The translations under genes were made by a program, and so were the position numbers. Under the pieces are notes generated by a model that saw nothing but the letters and a program-made list of their open reading frames with translations, searched no databases and was not told where the DNA came from. From Ktedonobacterales bacterium (GTDB lineage Bacteria > Chloroflexota > Ktedonobacteria > Ktedonobacterales > JADMIN01), in assembly GCA_025928125.1 (NCBI GenBank), contig JAICKD010000001.1, positions 1 through 26,370 of the forward strand: 26,370 nucleotides of DNA. Reading direction: 5' to 3'. Shown one piece after another: positions 16,241-23,710 of this stretch (position 1 is its first letter; each line of letters starts with the position of its first letter).

Positions 16241-16277
16241 GAGTTCTCCTCTTCTTATGAGGTGTTGTCACATAACT

Positions 16278-16304
16278 GACACATCAAACCTATCTCCTGT
16301 GACA
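16278..16304 (-). promoter_or_regulatory. ECF41-type promoter for the sigma gene (autoregulation)
   Basis: TGTCACA-N16-TGTC; the known ECF41 motif is TGTCACA-N16-CGTC. Confidence 0.7.
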
Positions 16305-16380
16305 GACAAGGCGTCGCACGCACAATGTGCATCTTGTGGAACTCGGCAAGACGCTGCTGGCGCCATTGACGCTGCTCGTC

Positions 16381-16407
16381 GGTCACAATCTCGCCTTGAG
16401 ATGTGTC
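16381..16407 (+). promoter_or_regulatory. ECF41-type promoter facing the DoxX gene
   Basis: GGTCACA-N16-TGTC, identical spacing and -10 to the divergent copy. Confidence 0.65.
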
Positions 16408-16425
16408 GGAAGAATGAGGAGGGAA

Positions 16426-16518
16426 ATGCGCTCACAGAGCCATGAGACGGATGTGCAATGGATGCCATCGATCCTATCCCCGTGGCCAGGCTGTGAACCT
16501 GACAAACGGCAAACGTGA
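16426..16518 (+). CDS. Possible 30-aa leader ORF (MRSQSHETDVQWMPSILSPWPGCEPDKRQT)
   Basis: GAGGAGG RBS just before the ATG, directly behind the ECF41-type promoter. No recognisable homology. Confidence 0.25.
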   Translation: MRSQSHETDVQWMPSILSPWPGCEPDKRQT

Positions 16519-16585
16519 TTCCCTCATGACCATCAGACAACAGAAGCCAGATCTCTCCTGGCGTCTCAAGAAAAGGATCGGAACT

Positions 16586-17047
16586 ATGAAACTGGAATTG
16601 CGCGATCAACAGATGAGTGGGAAGGCCAACTCTGCGTTGTGGAGCAACCCGACCACCACCAAGGTCCTCCGGGTCGTTCAGGGATTCCTTGCCCTCTTCT
16701 TTCTGTACGGCGGCGCCATCAAGCTGGTTCCGCCAGACTTGCTGCCGGGAGCGGCGCTCATGGCAACGCTGCTTTCCCCACTGCCACAGTGGATTGTGGA
16801 CTTCATCGGCATTTCTGAGGTACTCGGCGCATTCGGCCTGATCTTGCCCATGCGCCTTGGCATCCTGCCCATCCTGACACCGCTTGCTGCCATCGGGCTG
16901 ATCATTGAAATGGTTGGCGCAACGATCTTCGTGGTTCTCTTCTATGGAATCGCGCCAGCAGCATTCTCAGTGGTGACCGGGCTTGTGCTGGCGTTCGTCG
17001 CCTCTGGTTGCTGGTTCCGCCTCAAGACGGCGTCAGAAGGCGTTTAA
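16586..17047 (+). CDS. DoxX family membrane protein
   Basis: LALFFLYGGAIKL, FIGISEVLGAFGLILP, LTPLAAIGLIIEMVGA. Start uncertain; 16586 chosen for its AAGGA RBS. Confidence 0.88.
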   Translation: MKLELRDQQMSGKANSALWSNPTTTKVLRVVQGFLALFFLYGGAIKLVPPDLLPGAALMATLLSPLPQWIVDFIGISEVLGAFGLILPMRLGILPILTPLAAIGLIIEMVGATIFVVLFYGIAPAAFSVVTGLVLAFVASGCWFRLKTASEGV

Positions 17048-17183
17048 GACGGCTCCTTCTCGCTCGATTGGCATGGCGCTAGAATGGCCAGCTTTTCAAA
17101 CGCTTGCTATCAGCGTGTTTGGCCCTGTGGAGAGTACGTCGCAGTCTGTATATGGCGGTGTTCATGAGCACGCAACGGATTGT

Positions 17184-17597
17184 CTAGCGTTCGGGAAGCG
17201 CCGCGGGACGATTCTTGCGCGCCTCGTGACTGTTGAGAACGGCAGCTCCGCCACGCTTCCAGGCTGCCCAGACTAGGGGAACAATCGCGGGATTCTGTGC
17301 CGCGAGGATGGATCTGATCTTGATATGGCGCATCCGTTTGCCTGTGCCTTCCAGCAGACCGCTGGGGTCAGGCACATCGATACCATAGAAAAATCCCAGG
17401 TTCGCATAGCCGTTCTGTGGCATCACATAGAGAATGCGGTCGAATCCCGAGGCGGTAGCGCCATACCCCAACGCGCCGTGGTAGAGGATCTCGGTCGCAT
17501 CGGGAAGGGTATCGCATACCACCCGCCGAAGCTCGCCAAGGATGGCCCGGACAGCAGGGGGCGTAGTGGGAAAGAGTTCATCAACGGTCTCTTCCAT
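17184..17597 (-). CDS. DUF1801 domain protein
   Basis: LRRVV...LPDATE, ANLGFFYG, DPSGLLEGTGKRMRHIKI are typical of DUF1801. Confidence 0.85.
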   Translation of the reverse strand: MEETVDELFPTTPPAVRAILGELRRVVCDTLPDATEILYHGALGYGATASGFDRILYVMPQNGYANLGFFYGIDVPDPSGLLEGTGKRMRHIKIRSILAAQNPAIVPLVWAAWKRGGAAVLNSHEARKNRPAALPER

Positions 17598-17763
17598 AGG
17601 TCATCTCCAGTCGAGATGTTGAACTATCCATAATCCGTCAAGAAAGCGTCACGAATACTATATGCGTCTATGCGACCCAGTCAAATCTGGCAATACCGCT
17701 TTCCCATGGCCTGTGAGAATCGTGCCAGTTTACGGACCATCTGCATGTGAAGCGTCTTGTGTC

Positions 17764-18149
17764 TTACCACATACGAACAACACCATATGCGTCAAGGACA
17801 CCATCCCTGCTCACGATGGGAACAGCATCCACGAGCGACTGCGCAATCAGCAACCGATCAAACGGATCGCGATGATGAAACGAAAGGGTGGAGACGGCGG
17901 CCGTGTGAGCAAGCGTAATACTCAGTAACCCAATAGAGTTAAGCGCTAACTGTTCAGGGATGAAGGTATCGAACGGTCGCCTATCGTCAGCTTTCCCAGG
18001 CTGATTTTGATCGCCATTTCCCAAAGACTAGCCATACTGAGAAGGATCTCGTTCGCGCTATCCTCGATGAGTTTCCGGGCCGGATCACTTAGCTGTGCAT
18101 CGTCGGAGAGAAACCATAAAAATGTATGTGTATCGAGAAGCAGTCTCAT
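17764..18149 (-). pseudogene. vapC: VapC/PIN toxin with a -1 frameshift near 17978
   Basis: N-half MRLLLDTHTFLW...SLWEMAIKISLGKLTIG and C-half PFDTFIPEQL...HRDPFDRLLIAQ...VSRD are in different frames; 386 nt is one base short of 129 codons. Confidence 0.88.
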
Positions 18150-18376
18150 TGCATATACTCAGTGAAATCATCGAGCGGCGTATCGAAGTCTTCCCGCATG
18201 ACGATGAGACCCTTCGCGCTACCGGCACGTCGGCCCTGGCTGGTTGGCGTTACCGGGATGAGTTGCACAGCGTGTTGATCGTCGCGGGCAATCACCACGC
18301 GCTCTCCGCGCATAGCGGCATCTATGAGCTCGGCCAGATGGGCCATGGCCTCTTCTGGGGTAACCTGTTGCATCAT
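18146..18376 (-). CDS. Type II antitoxin (Phd/YefM-like N-terminus, DUF2281-like tail)
   Basis: EAMAHLAELIDAAMRGERVVI...RRAGSAKGLIVMREDFDTPLDDFTEYM; 4-nt overlap with the vapC start; RBS AAGGAG. Confidence 0.88.
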   Translation of the reverse strand: MMQQVTPEEAMAHLAELIDAAMRGERVVIARDDQHAVQLIPVTPTSQGRRAGSAKGLIVMREDFDTPLDDFTEYMQ

Positions 18377-18509
18377 GATCTCCTTCTCACCGCGCAAAGC
18401 GGCGCGGCACCTGCTCAGTATAGCATTGCATGGCATCTTCAACCGCGCTTTGGCGGCATGGTGTACAATGCGCGTCTCAACGTCCCTTAAAGTGTAAGGG
18501 TAGGCAACG

Positions 18510-19139
18510 ATGGCGATTCGCGCGGTGGTCTTCGATATCGGCGGCGTGCTGGAAGTGACCCCTGACCCGCAGATGCGTGAGTTCAACGTTCGCTGGGAGG
18601 AGCAGTTCGGCCTGCAGCCGGGTGAGTTAGACGAGCGCATGGCGCGGATGGAGCATCTCTGGCGGGCGGGCTCGCTCGGGGAGTGTACCGAAGCCGATGT
18701 CGAGCGCGGGCTGTGCGAGATCGTGGGGCTGACCCAGGAGCAGGTGGTCGCCTACATGGCGGGGATGTGGAAAGAGTACGTCGGCACGCTGAATGTCGAA
18801 CTGGCCAACTACTTTCGCGGACTGCGCCCGCGCTACCAGACGGGCATCATCAGCAATAGCTTCGTCGGCGCCCGCGAGCGCGAGGAGGCTCTCTACCACT
18901 TCAGCGCGCTGGCCGACCCCATCATCTACTCGCACGAGGTCGGCATCGCCAAGCCCGACCCGCGCATCTATACGCTGACGTGCGAGCGGATGGGCGTGCG
19001 GCCAACCGAGATGATCTTCCTCGACGACGCCGAGCGTTGCATCGAAGGCGCCCGCGCGCTGGGTATTCACAGCGTGCTTTTCCGAGACAACGCCCAGGCC
19101 ATCGCCGCTATCGAGACACTACTCCGCGAACACGCCTGA
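18510..19139 (+). CDS. HAD-superfamily hydrolase
   Basis: VVFDIGGVL, ISN, GIAKPDPRIY, FLDD. Confidence 0.93.
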   Translation: MAIRAVVFDIGGVLEVTPDPQMREFNVRWEEQFGLQPGELDERMARMEHLWRAGSLGECTEADVERGLCEIVGLTQEQVVAYMAGMWKEYVGTLNVELANYFRGLRPRYQTGIISNSFVGAREREEALYHFSALADPIIYSHEVGIAKPDPRIYTLTCERMGVRPTEMIFLDDAERCIEGARALGIHSVLFRDNAQAIAAIETLLREHA

Positions 19140-19151
19140 TAGTGGGCTGTT

Positions 19152-19937
19152 CTACTCCGTGGCGCTAGTCAGCTCCTGGCGACGGAACGCCAGCCACGCG
19201 ATGCCTGCCAGGACGACGCACAGCGCGACGTTCGCGACGACCGAGAGCCACAGGTGGTCGGGCGCGACGCCTCGGGCGAGCGCGCTGGCCGGGTCCATCA
19301 GCCCTGCCGGAGTAAACTGCGCCGCACGCGGGCTGATGCCGATAATCGAGATCAGCACCCACGCCGCCAGCCCGATGCCGACAGCCGCAAGCTGCGAGCG
19401 CACCAGCGTGCTGCCGAGGAACGTCAGCAGCCCGTAGACGATCAGCGAGAGCAGCACCAGCGCGCTACAGGCGATGAATCCGCCGACGGCCATCGGCTCG
19501 AAGAGGATGGCGGTGTAGATGAAGGTGATCGCCGCCGCCAGCACGACGCCGATACCCAGTAGCGCCACGAGCGCAACCAGCTTGGCTCCGAGAAACGCCG
19601 CCCGCGAGAGCGGCTTGGTCAGCACGAACGCCGCTGTGCCGCGCTCCTTCTCGCGCGCAACCATCCCCATAGGCAGCAGAATAGCGATGAAGATGCCCGT
19701 CCCCGCTACATTCTTGATGAACTGCGCAATCGCATCGTTCACCGTTGGCGTCGGGAAGGTGATGACAACGCCCGGCTGGCCTGTGCCGATGGCTTTCAGC
19801 AACTCCGGCGTGTACTTGGCCGTCAGCGGCGAGATGATGCCCAGCACGAGAAAAACTGCGGCGACCACCAGCAGCCGATTGCTGCGCACCGCCTCGCGCC
19901 ACTCTTTGCGGAGAAAGACGTTGAACCCTTCCATCAC
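19152..19937 (-). CDS. ABC transporter permease (ABC-2 type, YxlG-like)
   Basis: LRKEWREAVR, REKERGTAAFVLTKPLSR...AKL and about 6 TM helices. Confidence 0.92.
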   Translation of the reverse strand: MMEGFNVFLRKEWREAVRSNRLLVVAAVFLVLGIISPLTAKYTPELLKAIGTGQPGVVITFPTPTVNDAIAQFIKNVAGTGIFIAILLPMGMVAREKERGTAAFVLTKPLSRAAFLGAKLVALVALLGIGVVLAAAITFIYTAILFEPMAVGGFIACSALVLLSLIVYGLLTFLGSTLVRSQLAAVGIGLAAWVLISIIGISPRAAQFTPAGLMDPASALARGVAPDHLWLSVVANVALCVVLAGIAWLAFRRQELTSATE

Positions 19938-20893
19938 TCCGCCGTCGCTTTCTCTGTATGCTCCGAGCCAACCAGCCGCAGGAAGATATCTTCGAGGCTA
20001 GGCCGCCCGCGCTCGAATCGCTGCACCGCGACGTGATGCGCCGCCAGCAGCCCCAATATCTCGCTGCTCGCCTGCGCGGTATCGCGCGCCAGCACGCGGA
20101 CGACGCCGTGCTCCTGGACCACCTCGCCTGCCCACGTCGCCTCGCGCAGCGCCGCGATCAGCCGCTGAACCCGCTCGTCCTGACCCGGCTCCGGCTCGAA
20201 CGTGAAGATCGGCTGGGCGTAGCGGTCCTGAAGCTCCGTCACCGTCGAGGAGACAATCAGCCTGCCTTTGTTGATGATGGCGACGGCGTCGCAGACCCGC
20301 TCGATATCGGCCAGCACGTGCGACGACATGAAGACCGTCGATGTGCCACGCAGCCCGGCGATCACATCCAGGATATCGTGCCGCCCCTCTGGATCGAGCG
20401 AGCTGACAGGCTCATCGAGAAAGAGCACCTCCGGCTGGTTGATGAGCGCCTGCGCCAGGCCGAGCCGCTGCCGCATGCCGCCGGAGTAGCCGCCGATACG
20501 CCGTTTGGCGCCCTCGGTCAGCCCAGTCAGGGCCAGCACTTCATCCACCCGGCTCCGTAGCGTAGCGCCGCGCAGGCCAAACAGCGCGCCGACGAACTCA
20601 AGTAGCTCCCGCCCGCGCATCCAGCCGTAGTATTGCGGCGACTGGTCGAGGAAGCTGTAGCGCCGATGCAGGCTCACATCGCCTGAGGCGACATTCACAC
20701 CCGCGATGGTCGCGCTGCCACTATCGGGGAACGCCAGCCCGGTGAAGAGGCGTAGCGCGGTAGTCTTGCCCGCGCCGTTGGGGCCAAGAAAGCCAAAGAT
20801 CACGCCCGCTGGCACGTCGAGCGAGAGGTGATCGAGCGCCAACACGTCGCCGTAGCGCTTGGTGAGACCGTCGCAAGAGATCGCGCTCGCCAT
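19934..20893 (-). CDS. ABC transporter ATP-binding protein (YxlF-like)
   Basis: Walker A GPNGAGKTT, YSGGM signature, LFLDEP, SSH. Start revised to 20893 (MASAIS). Confidence 0.95.
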   Translation of the reverse strand: MASAISCDGLTKRYGDVLALDHLSLDVPAGVIFGFLGPNGAGKTTALRLFTGLAFPDSGSATIAGVNVASGDVSLHRRYSFLDQSPQYYGWMRGRELLEFVGALFGLRGATLRSRVDEVLALTGLTEGAKRRIGGYSGGMRQRLGLAQALINQPEVLFLDEPVSSLDPEGRHDILDVIAGLRGTSTVFMSSHVLADIERVCDAVAIINKGRLIVSSTVTELQDRYAQPIFTFEPEPGQDERVQRLIAALREATWAGEVVQEHGVVRVLARDTAQASSEILGLLAAHHVAVQRFERGRPSLEDIFLRLVGSEHTEKATAE

Positions 20894-20904
20894 GGCAGTC
20901 ACCC

Positions 20905-21114
20905 CTATTCCTCGCGTCCAGCCAGCAGATAGACCAGCCAGCCGAGCGTGCTGACGAGCAGGATCACGAGCAGCCAGACTAGCTTGTTGTTGCCTCTGAC
21001 CTTCCGGTCCGGCTTGAAGAGGTCCACGATGCAGTAGACGACCATCGCCAGATCGATGATGACCAGCGGGATGACCGCGAGGAGTATTCCGGTATCGATA
21101 TGCGACGCGCCCAT
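20905..21114 (-). CDS. PLDc N-terminal domain small membrane protein (YxlE-like), 69 aa
   Basis: YCIVDL...KLVWLLVILLVSTLGWLVYLLAGR pattern. Start revised to 21114. Confidence 0.85.
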   Translation of the reverse strand: MGASHIDTGILLAVIPLVIIDLAMVVYCIVDLFKPDRKVRGNNKLVWLLVILLVSTLGWLVYLLAGREE

Positions 21115-21216
21115 GGTTTCCCCTCTCAAAATCCAGGCGATGCCTACGAATCCCGACCGTGTCAGAGCTATCATAAACCACTGCTTCAACTGCCAGCGAT
21201 TGTGGCGCTAACCACT

Positions 21217-21249
21217 AACTGTTATAGAGCAGGTAGAACAGTTTGTCAA
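21217..21249 (-). promoter_or_regulatory. Near-consensus sigma70 promoter with overlapping inverted-repeat operator
   Basis: TTGACA(21249-21244)-N17-TATAAC(21226-21221); inverted repeat AACTGTTATAG-N5-GTAGAACAGTT (21217-21243). Confidence 0.8.
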
Positions 21250-21356
21250 TGGCGCCTTGTAAAGACTTGAGATGGAACGGGGTAGACCGCAGATACGTCA
21301 GGGTCAACGTGCTCTGTAAAAATGCCCAATATGTGGCCAGGACACGGAAAACTCGT

Positions 21357-21992
21357 TCATGGCTTCTCCTCCTCCTCGGTGGGCGTGATGCGCCAGTACA
21401 TCCCATGCTCGCGGACCATCAGCTTCTCGCCGATCAGCTCGCGGCGGAGCGTCGCGCTATCGGGATGGTGGCGCTGGATGATCTCGTTGACCTCTTTTTC
21501 GGGGTAGACACGTCCCACCTCGAACTGTGTCACCAGCCAGCGCAGAATGATCTGCCGCTTCTTGCGGTAGACCGGGATCTCTTTCAGCCGCCCCTCTTCG
21601 AGGAAGTCGCGCAGCACCTTGCGCTCCCAGGCGTCCGCCTCGACATCGCCAAGCATCACCACGCGCTCGGGCGTCGCCAGCAGCTTATTGATCCGCCCCA
21701 GCCCCTTGCCGTTCATGCGGTAGATGTGGGTATTGCCCTGCGCGCGCATCTCGACGAGGCCAATCTCTTTCAGCCGCGCCAGATGCCATGAGACGGTGGA
21801 TGGCTTGAGATCGAGCAAGGCGGCCAGCTCCTCGACACTGCGCCGCTCCGCCGCCAGCAGCCCCAGAATGCGCAGCCGCGTCTGGTCCGCCAGTGTCTTG
21901 AGGTAGACGAGCAGAGTCCGCAAGTCGTCCGATGGCGCGGCGTCCGGTGTATCTATTTCTGTATCCAGCTTATCTTGTCCGTGCGTGTCCAT
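21357..21992 (-). CDS. ArsR-family HTH plus DUF2087 domain regulator
   Basis: LADQTRLRILGLL...ELAALLDLKPSTVSWHLARL, then GRLKEIP...KKRQIIL...YPEKEVNE...DSATLRRELI. Confidence 0.9.
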   Translation of the reverse strand: MDTHGQDKLDTEIDTPDAAPSDDLRTLLVYLKTLADQTRLRILGLLAAERRSVEELAALLDLKPSTVSWHLARLKEIGLVEMRAQGNTHIYRMNGKGLGRINKLLATPERVVMLGDVEADAWERKVLRDFLEEGRLKEIPVYRKKRQIILRWLVTQFEVGRVYPEKEVNEIIQRHHPDSATLRRELIGEKLMVREHGMYWRITPTEEEEKP

Positions 21993-22051
21993 TGATTGCT
22001 CCTCCTCGATGTACTTCTATAATCAGCAACGTTGATGCACATCTAATTAGG

Positions 22052-22080
22052 AGTGTATCGAAATAGACCGCGCCTGTCAA
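22052..22080 (-). promoter_or_regulatory. Sigma70 promoter for the ArsR-DUF2087 gene
   Basis: TTGACA-N17-TACACT. Confidence 0.75.
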
Positions 22081-22150
22081 GGGCAGACGCGCGCTTCCTT
22101 GCCAAGAAGCGGCGGCATGGGCAACAATAGGGAGTGCTGTGCCGTCGCTC

Positions 22151-22281
22151 TCTCGGCCATAAATGGCCGGAGCAAGGTATTTGGCCATGAATGGCCGCCT
22201 CGCCCATATGGGCGAGCCAGGGTCGCTCTGGTACGGCGTTTACGCCCTCTACCCGCGTTACTCCGGCCTTTCAAGGCCGAG
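22151..22281. repeat. REPIN-like inverted-repeat element, copy 2 (131 bp)
   Basis: Left 27 bp match copy 1 at 26/27 positions and right 23 bp match at 23/23; the interior differs but is also made of hairpins. Confidence 0.85.
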
Positions 22282-22308
22282 GCCGTGAACTGTGAAAGGA
22301 CCCGCATC

Positions 22309-23589
22309 ATGCCCGCATTGCCACACTCGGAGAACGCCACCTGGGACGCCGTCGTCGTCGGAGCCAGCTTCGGCGGGCTGGCCTTCGCCAGTGGCGCGGC
22401 GGCGCGCGGGCTGCGGGTACTGGTGCTGGAGCGCGATCCGGTGGTGGGCGGCGTGGTGAGGACGACGGGTGTGCTGTTTAGCGATGTGCTTGATCTGCTC
22501 GACGTGCCGCAGCGCTACCTGATGAACTCAGTGCGGCGCATGGAGATTCGCGCGCCGGAGCATCCCTCGATCTCCGTTGGCTCGGAGGTCTGGCGCTTCT
22601 ACATGGCGGATGTCACCGGCATGCTCCAGTGGATGGCCGATGCCGCGCGCGACCACGGCGCGACTGTCCGTTGCGGCGCGATCTTCGCCGACGCGGCCCG
22701 CGAGGCCGATGGGCGGATGCGCGTCAGCTATACGACGACTGTAGACGGCGCGGCGGCCGTCCAGAGCGAATACGCGCGGATCGTGATCGGCGCGGATGGG
22801 GCGCACTCGCAGGTGGCGCGGCGCACCGGACTCGACCAGAACACGCGCTTTCTCGCGGGGGCCGAGTGGCTGGTGGAGGGGGTCTCGCTCAGTCGTGAGA
22901 CGTTCTATCTGGTGATGGATCACGAGCTGGCGCCAGGGTACTGTGTCTGGCTGGCGCCGCACGGCGAGATGGCCGCGCTGGGCGTGGCAGGCCACTCGCG
23001 CGCGTTCAAGCCGGGCGAGACATTGCAGCTGGCGCAGTCACTCTTTGCGCATGTCACCGATCTGAGCCAGATGAGGCTGGCGCAGCGTAAGGGCGGTGTA
23101 ATTCCCATCGGTGGGCGGCTCAAGCGCGTCTATCGCGATGACGCGCAGGCACGGGCGCTCCTGCTGGGCGACGCGGCGGGCCTCTGTGGCGCGGCGACGG
23201 GCGGCGGCATCTATCCGGCGCTGCTCTCAGGGCGGCTGGCGGCGCACGCGGTAGCTAACGAGATCGGCGGCGGGACGAAGGGTGCCATCCGTACCTATTT
23301 GAAAGACCTGCCCCATGCGGGGCGGCTGGGCCACTACCTCCAAATCGAAGACTGGATTCGCAAGCTGATGGACCGCGCCAGCTCGAACGCCGACCTGAGC
23401 GCCTTCTATGGCATCTTCGACACCGAGGAGGGCAATCGCGTCTTGAAACGCGCGCTCTTCGAGACGCCGATTGTCAGCATGGACAGCAGCTTCTTCGGCT
23501 TGATTCGCACGCTCTTCGCCAATCGGCCAGGCCTCTACGGCACGGCGCTGAAGATGGCGTGGCAGCGTGTCACCGCCCGTGGCGCGTGA
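22309..23589 (+). CDS. FAD-dependent oxidoreductase (geranylgeranyl reductase-like family)
   Basis: VVVGASFGG...LVLER, IGADGAHS, GYCVWLAP, LLGDAAG...ATGGGIYPALLSG. Start revised to 22309. Confidence 0.9.
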   Translation: MPALPHSENATWDAVVVGASFGGLAFASGAAARGLRVLVLERDPVVGGVVRTTGVLFSDVLDLLDVPQRYLMNSVRRMEIRAPEHPSISVGSEVWRFYMADVTGMLQWMADAARDHGATVRCGAIFADAAREADGRMRVSYTTTVDGAAAVQSEYARIVIGADGAHSQVARRTGLDQNTRFLAGAEWLVEGVSLSRETFYLVMDHELAPGYCVWLAPHGEMAALGVAGHSRAFKPGETLQLAQSLFAHVTDLSQMRLAQRKGGVIPIGGRLKRVYRDDAQARALLLGDAAGLCGAATGGGIYPALLSGRLAAHAVANEIGGGTKGAIRTYLKDLPHAGRLGHYLQIEDWIRKLMDRASSNADLSAFYGIFDTEEGNRVLKRALFETPIVSMDSSFFGLIRTLFANRPGLYGTALKMAWQRVTARGA

Positions 23590-23710
23590 GTGGGAGCACG
23601 AGCACGCCAGCGACCGGCGTCCTTCATAACTCCCTTCGCCGCAATGGGCTGCCAGAAGCAGCCCCGCTGGGCATTCATGCCCTACTTCCACCTATTGGGG
23701 CCGCAAGACA

